Origin: the human T2T-CHM13v2.0 reference genome, Homo sapiens
DNA: 64,000 bases
Strand: one strand, 5' to 3'
Assembly (NCBI RefSeq): GCF_009914755.1
Contig: NC_060936.1
Positions within the stretch are counted from its first letter, which is position 1. Each line of letters opens with the position of its first letter. This document shows, piece by piece, positions 28,760 to 43,114 of the stretch. The position numbers and the translations under genes were made by a program. The notes under the pieces are model-generated. The model was given only the letters and a program-made list of their open reading frames with translations, had not been told where the DNA came from and did no database searches.

Positions 28760-29445
28760 TTATTTTTTAAGAGCAATTTTAGGTTCACAGCAAAATTGAG
28801 CTGAAAGTAGAGAGATTTCCCATATAGCTCCTACCAATATATGTGCATAACCTCCTCCATTATCAGCAACCCCCACGAGAGTGGAATATTGGTTACAATT
28901 GATGAACCTACATAAGTTAACACATCATTATTACCTAGAGCCCACAGTTTACACTGGAATTCACTGTTTGTGTAGTACATTCTCTGGATTTGGACAAATG
29001 TATAATGACGTGTGTCCACCATTACAGTGTCATACAGAGTAGTTTCACTGCCCTAAACATTCTGTGCCCAGCGTATACATCCCTGGATCTGGCCCAACCC
29101 CTGTTAACTGCTGATGTTTTTACTGTTTCCATAGTTTTACCTTTTCCATATTATAATATAGGGGAATCTTACAATATGTAACCTTTTCATATGTGACTTT
29201 TTTCACTAAGTAATGTGCATTAAAATTTCCTCTGTGTCTTTTCATGGATTGAATAATATTTCATTGTCTGGATGTATGACAATTTATCCATTTACCTACT
29301 AAAGGATATCTTGTTTGCCTCCAAGTTTGGGCAATTATGAATATAGTTGCTATAAACACCCACGTGCAGAATTTTAAGTGGGCATAAGTTTTCAACTCCT
29401 TTGGGTAAATACCAAGTAGCATGATTGCTGGATTATACACTAAGA
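28760..29445 (-). mobile_element. L1MC/MD 3' end
   Basis: ttttaggttcacagcaaaattgag..agagatttcccata..gttacaattgatgaacctaca. Confidence 0.8.
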
Positions 29446-30049
29446 GCTATTACTACTATTATTATACAGTACATGATTATTAAATGTAAGTTCTCCTAAG
29501 CTTCCTGACCTGGAGCTTTTGGCAACCACAAAAAACATTCTCTAAGCTTTGTTATAAAGCTCATTCAATACCCACAATATTCTTTATGCTGCTTAAAAGG
29601 ACTCTGGCCTTCACTTAAGGTGCATGCATTACTACTTTACATAGGGCTGTAATGAGCTTGGTGATCTTACTACCTCTCAGTCCATGTATGTGATTAGAGA
29701 CAGTGACTATAAAAAGTATTGGACAAATCCTCCAAAGGTCTTTTTCCCTTGAGAGAACTCTGGTGCTTCACATCATTTCAAATACATACACTTTTCACAT
29801 CAGTGTACCTGAATGGTGTGAAAAGTATGTGTATTTGATATGAATTTATGAATAAATAGTGAATTTATTCATTATTTATGCGTATAGTGAATTTAAGTAA
29901 TGACTCTATATAAAAATAATGTTTCTGTGCAGCAAATGACATATACATCTCAGACCTGGGAAAATATCATTTCCCAATATTGTCCTGCTATATAAGGCAT
30001 TATGACACATGCACTCCTCTTATAAATCAATTTAGCAATATAATTAGGA

Positions 30050-30185
30050 GATAAGCTTTAGAGTTAAACAGAAATGGACATGAGTCCCAGGTCTGCTGCT
30101 GTCCAGGTGGGTGACAGGCAAGTCACAGGGTGTCTCTCTAAGCTTGATTTTCCTTATCTGTGAAATGTAGATAACAATAAAGAAC
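30050..30185. mobile_element. MIR fragment (other probable MIRs at ~5050-5260, 6530-6700, 31770-31950, 37630-38020, 46050-46290, 53070-53320, 57745-57880, 61940-62130)
   Basis: MIR core ggcaagtcac..ctctctaagcttgattttccttatctgtgaaatg. Confidence 0.65.
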
Positions 30186-30496
30186 TCAAAAGAAACTAAG
30201 GTTCTTGGAACTCTGCCAATACTTACTAAATCCTGAAAGTTAGCTATTTGATAACCAGGACCAAATCAAAGATCTAAAATTCTACATACTATTACATCCT
30301 ATATAATTCTATTTGCCCAACAGGGAAATGTAATTTACCAAAACTGTTGAATCAGTGAGAGCCTGCAAAAGGTTTGATTTTTTAAAGAATTGTTCCCTCT
30401 ATTCATTTATTTCCTCTTCTAAATGAAATGAACATTGATAATTGATGTTTTCAAACTAGAGATTAAAAGTGAATACATAAAAGCAAATATACTTAC

Positions 30497-30656
30497 TTAT
30501 CTATGCCATAAACAAAGCATACAGCAATATTCTCCAAAATGACTACAATTAGCAGAGGCAGTGTAGCAGAATAATCATCAAACATTGTAACAAAGTAATT
30601 TCCAGAGCGTTGCACAAATATCAGGCCAATACAAAATGCCAGAAGACAACAGATAA
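30497..30656 (-). CDS. SLC6A15: SLC6A15 exon 10 (160 nt; [29 protein letters not shown]...YGID)
   Basis: Not in the ORF track; manual translation; gtctag| acceptor, AA|GTAAGT donor; phases fit both neighbours. Confidence 0.95.
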
Positions 30657-32603
30657 CTAGACAAAAGAAATAAATGAAAAAATGAGACCCTATTCAGAGA
30701 CAAGGCCTTTAAACTTTATTATAAATTATTATATTCAAACTTTTAAAACTTTTATAACATGTCCATCATATAAACAGGCAATACCTTTCCTGATACATGG
30801 CATATAACCTATTAGGAATTAGGTTACCTGGGTGTAGCCTCAACATTCATACAAATTTATTCTAAGACAGTAATTCATCTCCCTGAGCCCGTGGAAACTC
30901 ATTTACCAAGTACAATAATAAATGAGTCAAAGTTTAGAGAAAAATTTAAAAGTATAAATTTCCATACTCTATTCGTATAATTAATAGCAAAGTGACTTCT
31001 TCAGGCACCAAATATTTATAGGTCATTTATTCATTTAATAATGTTCTACAGTGTTGAAATATAGATGAGATTTTTGAATTAATAATGAGACTAATATTGC
31101 TTATATTATTATGAAATATACATATTATATATTTGATTGAAATATGGTTACTTTTCAAGCATAAGTGGAAAAATCTGACCAGACTTAACCTCAGCAACAA
31201 TCCACATTTATATCTTTATCTTGCCTGAACAGATTAGTTTGGAAACAAATTATAATGGAGTTGAGCAATCTGATCATCCACATAACATCTAAGAAAAATC
31301 ATCTAAAAAGAGTTTCCCCAGTAATAGCTAAGAAACAGATGCATAAATTTCTGACCAGCTACTACTTAGAAAAGTTTTTGAAATTCATATAATATTCCCA
31401 TATTTTTGTTAGACTCTGTTCTTTTGTGCTCATTAGCAGAGAAGCCTCCAAAGGTAAAAGATGACTGCATTCCATTTCTCAACCACATTTCGGCAGAGGT
31501 GAGTAAACTTGAAAGAAGTAGAGTAGTAATGGCAGCTAAGGAAAAAAGACATCCACGGAGTCAATCATATGAACACTCCCTAACAATTTCAGCAAGTATG
31601 TGTGACATGAAGAAATTACCTCCATCTCTTAAGTACTATACTAGTGCTGTGAGTTACATCTTACAGAAATGAATGTCATATGTAAACATATAATGTAGAA
31701 TAAGAAAAGTAACATTTACTTGGATTCTACTGCATATTAAATTTAAATGCTTATCACAGTATAAAATAATATTGCATTCTCTTACTTAATTTTTATGACA
31801 TCCCAGTTGAACAATGTATTACTTTGTTTACAGATGAGAGAAATGATCCTGAAGAACGTTAAGTAATGTGCTTAAATTCTCAAGCTGGAAGTAGCAGAGT
31901 TTGGATCTGCACCCAAATCTGTCTGCCTCAACAGCCTGTGTCACTTTCACTATCTCCTAATTACACCCCAGTATGAGGCAAATATAAAAAAGTGCATTAT
32001 AAGTGGTACAGACAGTAAGAGTTTTGCTGGAGATGTGAGGGAAAAAGATAATGAGTAATTCATTTGCCTAAATCTTACTGCATAAAGAAGTAAACACACC
32101 TACCAAAGAAAATGAGGTAATATTTCATTGAGGTCAAACACGACTACGATTTGAAGTATCAGTATGATCCCAAAAAACAAGAAGTGGGAAAGAGGGTACA
32201 TTCCCCTTTGCTCTTTCCAAATAAGTCTTCCAGAAGGTCTTAGAAAATACTACTTTGTGTGATTTTCCCTTTACACTGTTACTTTTTCCTTAACCTGCAA
32301 GCCTTTTACTACAGGAGGGGACGGTTTGGATATGGTGAGCAAGGATAAGAATACAAAAATGACTTTAGCCTGCATGTCAGGCAGGATATGGATTTTCATA
32401 TTAAGTGGAAATCACTTTCTTGAATAATATAAAGCAGTTTCTCATTTCTGTTCAGCTGAATTGTGGATATATAGCTATCAATATTAACAAACTGCTGAAA
32501 TTAAATTGTTTTATACACGCACACACATGCACATGCACAAACACATACAGACATAATTATCAGAGCAGCAAATGATAAAGGTATATATTTGAGACTTATT
32601 TAG

Positions 32604-33022
<419 letters not shown>

Positions 33023-33942
33023 TTACATCACTTACCAGTATTGTTTCTGTACTCTAGTATGGTTGGCTTTCTTATTGTTGCCTTTATCTTCATTTATGTA
33101 TGTTTACTAGCTATCCTCTGACCCTTGAGAAGATCCTTCCTCTTTCCAATTCAACTTTCATCTCTTTCTCTGACAGTTCCATCGTATATTTAGATGACCT
33201 AGACTCTTTTGAATTCTTATATGTAAAATCCATTATGCTATCAGTATTTTACATGCTGTAAGTCTTATCTATGCAATCTGATTTTAATTTTAGTGTTATT
33301 GTTTTTGGAGAAGAGTTTTTTATATATTTGTATATCTCTTATAATTTATTTTATATCCTTTATAGCCCTTAAATGGGAGTATGATGCATTAAACTGGTAC
33401 TTTAATAATCACTTGTAAATTGGACCTATTAACTACCATCCATATTGATAAATTGTTTTATTTTCTTCTCTACTTGGAGACATTAACTACTAGTAAATTA
33501 CTACTGCTGCTGTATATGAGAACGGGATTTAGGTTTATCATTTTCAGCTATGCACTTTTTGGATAGGAATATCACATCTGAACTGCTCTAATTATGATTA
33601 TTTGACTTGTATAAAAATTATACACAAACAGTCCATGACTTTATTCTAGTGTCAGTCATTCTTGATAATGCATTACTATTAATGAATTATAACAATAAAT
33701 ATTTATTATAAATGATAAAATATAATTTATATTAAAACATCCATATTATATTATACATACAATAAAAATTATACAATTAAAATAAAATAAAATAAATTAT
33801 ACAATGTATACAATAATAAATAGTGATAATAGACATTAATAAAACTCAAAATATAAGACTTTCCACTTTTCATCTCTAATCTTTCACCAAGAATAAAATG
33901 GCCTGGATTTGTTCAATGAAAAGTCAAATACAAAAAACTCAC

Positions 33943-34135
33943 CAGTAAGAATTTCTTTCCTCACTTTGAAAGTGTCCACAATAGGCGTGACAATCCCTTC
34001 AATGGTTCCAAACATACTGCCAAGGCCTAGATTGACCAGCATGAGGAAAAACATCACTGACCAGAAGGGAGATGCAGGAAAATGTGTCATCGCTTCTGTA
34101 AAGGCAATAAAAGCTAAGCCGGTCCCCTGAACAGC
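33943..34135 (-). CDS. SLC6A15: SLC6A15 exon 9 (193 nt; [15 protein letters not shown]...RKEILT)
   Basis: tgcag| acceptor, G|GTGAGT donor; GTGLAF motif. Confidence 0.97.
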
Positions 34136-35335
34136 CTGCAAAATACACAAAATAGCAACATTAGTACAGAGTAATTATTAAACAATGGCTCTATATGTCA
34201 GTTACAATGAGGAGGAAAGATCTCTGAATAATGGCCAGGACTGCTGGAAATAGACATGCTCAAATCAGCTCTTAACCTGATAAATCATGTTGTCATTCTC
34301 AGAACCTGGATTTAATTAGATCAAGCAGATCCAAATAATGAAATTTTGCCTATAATTAATAAACAGAGTACACGATTGTGTTGTATATACTAACTATTTC
34401 ACAAGGCTCCTAGAATGAAAAACTATATTAAAGAATACATAATATTTTTGGTTTTGTTAAAGCTTATGAATATGAATAGTGACATATTATCATAGATATA
34501 TAAATACAAATATATATATACAACTATTTCTGGCTCATATATAAAGATTTTAAAAATTTGGTTTTACCTTACCTCAAAGTGGCTCAATCAATTGTTGTTA
34601 TATATATATATACATATACACTATGAATAATAAACTTGTTTTGATTTAAGAGAAAACTGCAAATGCAAAATAAAAGGATGTGAACAGAATAAGTAGATTA
34701 TAAAAAGCCAATTTTTAATTTAAAAAACCTACATCTTTACCTTTTTTTACTTCTGATATTCCTACCTCCCTGATTAAAAAAAAAAAAAAAGTTGGGCTGA
34801 TATACTGGTTTGCATAATTCAGAAGACACAATGAATTTCCAGTCAAAACTAATAACAAAATGAATAAAAAGACAGATACTCCAATTGGGCAGAAAGAAAT
34901 TGAATTACTTGCAAATATTAATGTGAGTTTATTTTATAAATATCACAAATATTGAGTTGTAAAATAACAACTTACTTTGTCTAACTAACTGTACCTATAA
35001 CCAAACTTCAAGTTGTGTTGTCTCATAAAGACAGATGAGAATTAAAAAAAAAAACTTTGAACGGTACATTAGTAATTAATTAAATATTTCCTTAAGGAAT
35101 TCAAGGTTTTTATATTAATGATGGCTTTACTTTTTAATGAATAATATCCACACATGATTCTTTATGTTAGTCTCAAGTACAGTTAACTATCTTAAAGCAA
35201 ATAATTAGTGACTAATTTCTCCATTATATTTTCCTTTTCGACATACAGGAGACAGTGGCAGCCAATATAAGGACATTTATTAATGGTGACCTATTTCTTA
35301 TTTAATACAACATAGCTAAGAAAAAGAACTTCATC

Positions 35336-35630
35336 GGTTGGGCACGGTGGCTGAGGCCTGTAATCACAGCACTTTGGGAGGCCAAGGCGGGCAGATCATG
35401 AGGTCAAGTGTTCGAGACCAGCCTGGCCAAAATGGTGAACCGCCTTCTCCCGTCTCTACTAAAATTACAAAAATTAGCCAGGTGTGGTGGTATGTGCCTG
35501 TAATCCCAGCTACTTGGGAGGCTGACCAGGAGAATTGCTTGAACCTGGGAAGCAGAGGATGCAGTGAGCCAAGATCGCACCACTGCACCCCGGCCTGGGC
35601 GACAGAGAGAGACTACGGCTCAAAAAAAAA
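35336..35630 (+). mobile_element. AluS
   Basis: TSD aaaaagaactt(c/g)atc at 35321-35335 and 35631-35645. Confidence 0.92.
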
Positions 35631-36066
35631 AAAAAGAACTTGATCATGACTTGTGGAACACAACTATTAAAATTTCTATTTTAAATATTATTCATGCATC
35701 AAAGCAATCATGTATGTGTAAATGAGAGCCATAATTCTAATTCTGTATTGAAAATTATAGCAAGAAAGATTTCAGACTAATCATCATTCTATGATGAAAA
35801 TCACTTTATATTCATATTTTAAATTATTGTGGCTCAATCAATGAAATAACTTTTTAAAATAAAGCAAATCTTTACCATTTAAGAAAACATATTCTCTAAA
35901 ATTAAGAATGTAAATTCTGAAGGACTTATAATGCCCAGGAGCTTCTCCGGGCATTTTAAGAGCTTCTTCGGGCATTTTAAGGCCCTTTTCCTGAAGGGAG
36001 TCTGCTGGATAATGCATATTTCAAGTGAATGATAATTATTTTATTGCTCAAACATGGCTTACTAAC

Positions 36067-36259
36067 TTTATTTAGCTCTTCTTCAATTTTACAGGAATTG
36101 AGATGAAGAGCAGGAAACTCTTCTTCTTTCACTTTTTGAATGATGTCATAAACTAAATGATAATCTTCTGCAGTAACAGTTGAAAGGTTGATATGATGGG
36201 GAATAATATCCTGACTAATGTTCCCCATTTTCAAAAATTTCATGATCGTCTCTGAATTT
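36067..36259 (-). CDS. SLC6A15: SLC6A15 exon 8 (193 nt; [10 protein letters not shown]...IEEELNK)
   Basis: ttcag| acceptor, AAA|GTTAGT donor; cumulative 1302 nt. Confidence 0.96.
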
Positions 36260-36344
36260 CTGAAAAATAAAACAACATACAAATGAGCACATAAGAGTTC
36301 TTTGGTGTATAGTTTGTGAACGACTATGCCATTATAAGCTAATG

Positions 36345-36510
36345 AATGAGCAATGTTCCCAACACAAAGAAATGATTAATGTTTGAGGTGATGACTATCC
36401 CAATTACCCAGATTTGACCATTATACATTGTATGTTTGTGTCGAACTATCACATGTATCTCATAAATATGTATAGCTATCATGTATCAATAAAAGTATAA
36501 ATAACAAGAT
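36345..36510 (+). mobile_element. L1MA-type 3' end within the 292-bp intron 7
   Basis: cacaaagaaatgattaatgtttgaggtgatgactatcccaattacccagatttgaccattatacattgtatg. Confidence 0.8.
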
Positions 36511-36551
36511 AAAAACTAAGAAAAAAGGCAAATGGAAATTAATATTCATAC

Positions 36552-36793
36552 TGTGTAATGCATTTCTCATTTATGACATTTGCTTTGAAGCCCAGAACTG
36601 CAAACACCACCAATGTTGCCAGGACAGAAGTGAAAAAATTGATGAAGGACACCAGGACAGCATCAAAGTGGCAGTTGTTGTCTCTCTTGTTGTAGCTTGA
36701 AAAGGCAATGACACCACCAAATCCCAGACCTAAGGCAAAGAACACTTGAGTAGCAGCTTCTCTCCAGACCTTGGGCTCCAGCATTATTTCAAG
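36552..36793 (-). CDS. SLC6A15: SLC6A15 exon 7 (242 nt; [26 protein letters not shown]...)
   Basis: aacag| acceptor, CA|GTATGA donor; TM6 [14 protein letters not shown] motif. Confidence 0.97.
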
Positions 36794-38200
36794 CTGTTTA
36801 AAAATAAACATAATAGAATCAGCTACAAAATAATGTTTCAGAATAATTAATTTTTATGGAATTTACTGTTTATGGAGTATACAATGATATTTATGCATCC
36901 AAAGTTTATTTAAATCGGGAAATAATATGTTCTTAAGCATAAACATCTATTTTTAGGAAACAAATAATTATGAGTAAGAAAGTTGATCAGTCCTTTACAT
37001 GGAGATTTTAAGTACATGGGGATTTTCTACTTACATGGTGGTTTTTAAATATTTTAAGAATATCAAAGGAAATATGAAATGAGAATATGAAGAAAAATTA
37101 ATTATCCTCAATCATTTCCCATTATGTCTTTTTTTCTTTCCATAGCAAAACAGGTCAATTACCAATAAAAGTTAATAGTTGCTTCACTAACACTCCATGT
37201 TTTGTGTTTTCTGCTGTTAATCTAATGGTCGAAGCAGAAAACAATTATAAACTTCGCAGAGTTGAACTATTTGTACTTTGCATATTCACATATGTATTCT
37301 TCATTCATTCAAAAGTCTGCTAAAAGATTTTTCTTTGAAAATTGAAGAAATTCACCTATATTGTCTATAAGATACTCTTTCAGATCCAAAGTTCTGACAT
37401 TGAACAGATATTAAATATTGAACAGATATTTCATGTAGTTGTGCTTTATGTCTTAGATAATTATCACTGTATATAATCAAAACTTAAATGAAACAATTCA
37501 GATCAGCCAAGTGTGGCCCAGATCTTAATAAACAGTTCCTTTTGATTTCAGTAATAATAGCGTTTAAATTGGCATTTTATCTCTTTTTGCCATTACAATC
37601 AAATTGCCTTTATTGAGAGCAATGTCAAACATGACTAAGAACACGAATTCTACAGAGAGTTTCAGATTCTGATTCTGCCATTTAGTAATTTTAAAATAGT
37701 GCAAACAATGGCAAATGGCGTGTCCTCTCTGAGTTTCAGCTTCTTCAGAAAGATCAGAATAATAAGAAGTGTACCACTTACCACGGTGCCTACCACACTC
37801 TAAAAATGCTCAGTAACCGATAACATAGATGAGCTATAGCGGCATACACACCGGTAAGCATTTTATATGGTTTAACTCATTTAGTACTCACAACAACCCA
37901 CGAAGTTGTTGCCACTATTAACTGATTCTTAGGAAGGTTATGTAACTTGCCTAAGTTTACACAGCAGCTCTGAGGTAGAGATGAAATAAGAACATAGGTA
38001 GATTCCAAAATCCATATTCTCTCAAACAATAGGATGTATTGCTTCAACTAATTTTGGTTATTAAAATCTATGAAATATGCTTATTAAACATAATCATGAT
38101 TATCTTCATAATTTATGAACAATTAACATATGCACATTGTTTACTGACCATTGCTACATCATATTCTATTAAAATACACTCAACTGTCTATCTCTGCTTT

Positions 38201-38219
38201 AGCCACTAGATGGCAGAAA
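38201..38219 (+). promoter_or_regulatory. CTCF-like motif in intron 6
   Basis: AGCCACTAGATGGCAG fits the CTCF core CCAC(C/T)AG(G/A)(G/T)GGC(A/G). Confidence 0.6.
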
Positions 38220-39112
38220 AGACCTATTGACTAAAGACATTACCAGCAGCCCAGTTTCTGAACTAAATCTCCACTCACTGTTTCACAAGTATTTGATGTG
38301 CTTATGTACTTTCTCCCCTACATAAACAATGTAAAATTTTTAAAAATTACAATTACTTCTCATATTGAGTATCACATCCTACAGAAATGTAATAGAGTCT
38401 TATCAACACTCAATGAAAAGTTAGCTGAAGGAAAACTAACATTTTAATAGTGATCCCTAGTCTAGGTCAGAAATGTTAATTCATGCTGCAGTTTTCAGTA
38501 CTGGGGCCATATAGAATTATTACATATAAGCATTTAAATTCTAAAATATCTAGCTAAATCAAATGTTTAGAATTTTGTCACAAGCAATTGTCAGTTTAGA
38601 AAGAGAATATATTCTAGAAATTCACACAGAATTTTGGTTGTCTTGAACTCAGAAAACATTTTCTTCAATATTATACATATAAGTATTTTTGGTCATTAAG
38701 TGTGGCCCATTTGTAGCAGATTTAAATTATAGTGTGGCTGAAACTCGTAAATCTTAACTAGTTGTTCACAGAGAAGTTCCAAGAACTCTAAATGTTAAAC
38801 AGGAATTTTGAAGTAGCTGAGAAAACCAGACACCAGTGTCAGCATTTTTGCTACTACAGAATGAATACCAACTCAGAACCACACACACAAAGAACACAGC
38901 TTCTTTTACGCAGTATCAAGGCAGCCGCCAGGAGTGACAAAGAATTCCAGAGAAGCTAATCCCTTATGCCCAAATCTCACAGCACAATGCTGCCTGCACA
39001 TTCATCCTTCAGATAACTTTTAATTTCTAAACTAATTTTGAAATCGTATCTTTAGACAGTTTCATCTTAATGTCTGCCTATGATAGTATTAGCAAACTAA
39101 TAGTGGGGTGCA

Positions 39113-39114
<2 letters not shown>

Positions 39115-39145
<31 letters not shown>
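39115..39145. repeat. (TA)n microsatellite
   Basis: Directly visible. Confidence 0.9.
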
Positions 39146-39149
<4 letters not shown>

Positions 39150-39940
39150 CAAAAACTTGTTTCCTGTTAAATCAGTATAAGAAATTATGATTAAGTCCAC
39201 ACTTATGATTAACCAGGTTAAGTGTGCCCAGTGTTGAGTTTAGCTCTACAAAGTTGCATGATGGATTATAAGTTCTGAGCCCTTGATGGAGTCTAATGAG
39301 AATTTTCCTAAAATATATATGCATCTATAGAAGTTACAGAACTTCACAAGCTGATTACTATAAATATTCTTCCAGAAGCTACAAAACTACAAAACCTCAA
39401 AAAAATTAACTAAGAAAAGAAAACACTGATTTTCTCTGAGAGAGTATTTTAGGGCTCTTAATCTTATTTTAGGGTCCATGGATTCTAGATGATCAGTCAA
39501 CTTCCAGATACACTAAGCAAATTAATATGTTCATTTTTTTTTTTTGGTAAGAAAATCCTCGTCACTTTTTCAAATGGATCCATGACACAAAAAGGTTAAA
39601 AACCACTAGAATAAAGGGGAAAGAGTTAATGAAGACTGAAAAATTCTGAAGTCTAATCAGTATAAAACTTAGAAATAAATTTATTATAAAAGAGAGATTT
39701 TTGAAGTTGAAATAGTGGTAGCCTTACTCTAAAATCAAAATGGGATATAAAAAATGGAGATAAATGGCTATAATTATACATAAAAAATGCTGGTTTTTCC
39801 TAGACTGGTTAACAACTATAATTTAAAAGTTTAATGTACATACATTAGAACAATTATTCCTTAAATATAACTTAGAATATTTTAACAATAAACATAATGC
39901 TTTCATGATCATAAGCCTTAAATAGAAATATGGTACATAC

Positions 39941-40051
39941 CTTAGGGGTAAACATGTGGCGAATGCCATCAATTGAACCATTTAAAAGGAATGCTCTGAT
40001 GAGGAAGCAAATAAGTACCACATATGGAAACAGAGAACTAAAATATATGAT
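39941..40051 (-). CDS. SLC6A15: SLC6A15 exon 6 (111 nt; [19 protein letters not shown]...FTPK)
   Basis: tgcag| acceptor, AAG|GTATGT donor. Confidence 0.97.
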
Positions 40052-40614
40052 CTGCAAAGAAATAAAAATAAAAATAAGTGAGATACAATGACCATTTTTT
40101 TATAGATAAGATTTTATATGTTAGTTTCTGTACTTTGACAGTCACTGTTTCATGACAGGATTAATAAAACTATTAATAACTTCTAAAGCCATTTTTTAAG
40201 AATGGTTTATGAGTCGTGATTCAGCCTTAAGATTTTATTTGAGATACAATTTACATTTAAAACACACTATCTCCTTTGAAAAAATCCATCAGCTATGGTG
40301 TAGCTTCAATAGTGTTGATTCCTTATAGTTCATAAAACAAGAAATATTTAAGACAGAAATGAACAGGCACTAACTACCTAATGAATTCCTACTTTTTTGT
40401 TGTTGTTCTAAGTAGCAAAATAAAGTCCTATTTCTTTTTCTTTTAACCAAATTTTCATTGTGATTCTGTAAAGCTTTCAATGCAGTATTGTTCCTATGCT
40501 GTATCTTCCAGAACCCAAACAATCAAACGTGTAAAGATTTTACTTTCCGCTTCAGCAATTTTCACTGTTAAACAGTTCAGCAAATATTTATAATAGAAAA
40601 GGAAGTGTGCTACT

Positions 40615-41430
40615 CAGACATTCACTGCCTCCTTGACATCTTCCTCTGGAGGCCTAATAGGTCTCTAAAATATTTCAGGTCCAGAGGGAAACTTCTGAAT
40701 TTCCCTCAAAGCTATTCCCACCCATCTCTATTTCAGAAAATGGCCCCACCCTCCATCCCATTAGTAAAGCCAAACATCTAGAAATGGTTCTGGACTATCC
40801 ATAATATTCTCCTAACTGAATTGCTGGCTGCCCCTTGGTTTATGTCATACCCTGCTTAAAACACTCCAGGAATTTCTAATGTCGTTGGAGTGAAGTGCTG
40901 ATTCCACCCTCTGGCCTGCAAAGTCTTACCCTAGAGTGCCTGCTTGCCTGGCCACCACTCTTCCCATGGAGCTCTGGCCACTGAGGCCCTTGCTATCCTG
41001 TGAGTCTACCAAGCTCAGCCAGCCTTAAGATGCAGGGCGGCACCTTCCTTCAGAAGCACCTCTTCCTTATTTGCAGATGACTTGCTCCTCCTTACTATTT
41101 TAGTCTCATCTTCATCTTCTCCCTGAGGTCTTCCCTGACCACCCAAAATAAGGTGATGCCTTTTTCTATCCTTTCTCTCCCATCTGCCCCCTGCCAACCC
41201 TCAGTGATATTACCCTAGGTTTGTTGTTGTTGTTGTTTAGAGCACTTAGCACTTTTCAAATTTTATTTATGTGTTTCTGTGTTTATTTTTTGTATCCTCT
41301 AACAGGGTATAAGCTAGTAAGGGTAAAGATATTTTCTGTTTACTACCATATCTCACACACCTAACACAGTTGCTGACATAGTAACTCTATCATATGTATC
41401 TGTGGAAGGAAGGAATGGAAGGAGAATTGG
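40615..41430. mobile_element. L2 fragments (also ~2500-2830, 42200-42760, 43870-44060)
   Basis: ttgacatcttcctctggaggcctaataggtctct..; cctaacacagttgctgacatagtaa. Confidence 0.65.
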
Positions 41431-42742
41431 AACAATGGAGGAAAAAGTGCCATAGCAGATGATGCTTCCGGGCAGGTAAAAGATACTGAATTCAATAATA
41501 ACTACAAACAACATTAATATAAGGCAACACAATAAGGGGCACTCTCTAGTTTTACCCACTTAAGAATCATATATAAACACATGGCACACCTTAAGGAAAA
41601 AATATGGATAAAATGCCAGCATACTTTAGAACACAATATTTTAAAAATAAATTATATTTTAACTTAATTGGTTGTAATGAACATAATTTTTTAATAATTT
41701 CAAATTGGTTTAATCCTTTGATTAATCCTTCACTCAAATTTTTTGATTTTTTAAAAAATCAGAATGCTTTCGGATGGATTTTTTCATTCTCCCTGCGTAC
41801 TTTTGGCATTCATTAAATTTGGCAGTTGCCTTGATCTCACTTGAATTAAAGTAATCCCCTTTATGATTCTTCTTCAGAAATGTTGTGGCTAGCCAGAAGC
41901 ATGGATTCACTTTTGAACAATAGCTTCTTTTTATGTTTTTAAACAAAACTCAAATGTACTGCTTTATAAATAATATAATTGACTTCCATTAATTCTGCTT
42001 ATATAAAAGTGAAAATGAAGATTATACATTATAAAGTCTAGATAGACTGATTATGATTTTATCTAATAAAATATGCTTTTTAATTTTGTTTTAATTTTAT
42101 ATTTTATCTTTATATTTTTAATATAATTTCTAATTAGGTACTAAGAAAAGATTCTTCCTGTACTCATATTATTCGAGGCTAAAATACTCTAATCTACCCT
42201 TAGTATGTCCCACTTCCTCAAATCCCATAAACCAACTGATCACCACACCCAGCTAATTCTACCACAGAAATCTCACATCTGTCCCTTTGCTTCACCTCTC
42301 AATAGCACAACACCTTTCAGTATGAAAACAGTTTCCTGCTCATCTTGCCTCCAGATTCTGTTAGCTTTCCTCTGCATCCCAGAAATCCATTTTTCACAGT
42401 TGCCAGAGCGATCTTTCTAGAAATCTGGTGCTATCACTGAACTATTAAAAATCCTCAAAGGTTCCACACTGTTTGCTAGCTAACAGCCCATCATTTTACA
42501 AGAGTCCACAGAGCCTCCAATATCATCAGTCAATTTGCATATCATCCTTCGTCTTCCACAAGCTGCACAAGTTGTATGCAAAAGTCACACAGAAATACTC
42601 AGCAGTCGTTGAGCTTTGTACATGCTGTTGTCTGTGCCTACACACAGTTCTCTGTGAACTTGCTGGTGAACTTCTCTTCAACCATCGAACCCTACTCCAA
42701 AATTTACATCCCCCGTGAAGCCTTCTTGCAAATCCAGTTTAA

Positions 42743-43114
<372 letters not shown>

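Noticed and set aside
31406-31672. 88-aa + strand ORF in intron 9
   Set aside because: Non-AUG start, no recognisable homology, length within chance expectation
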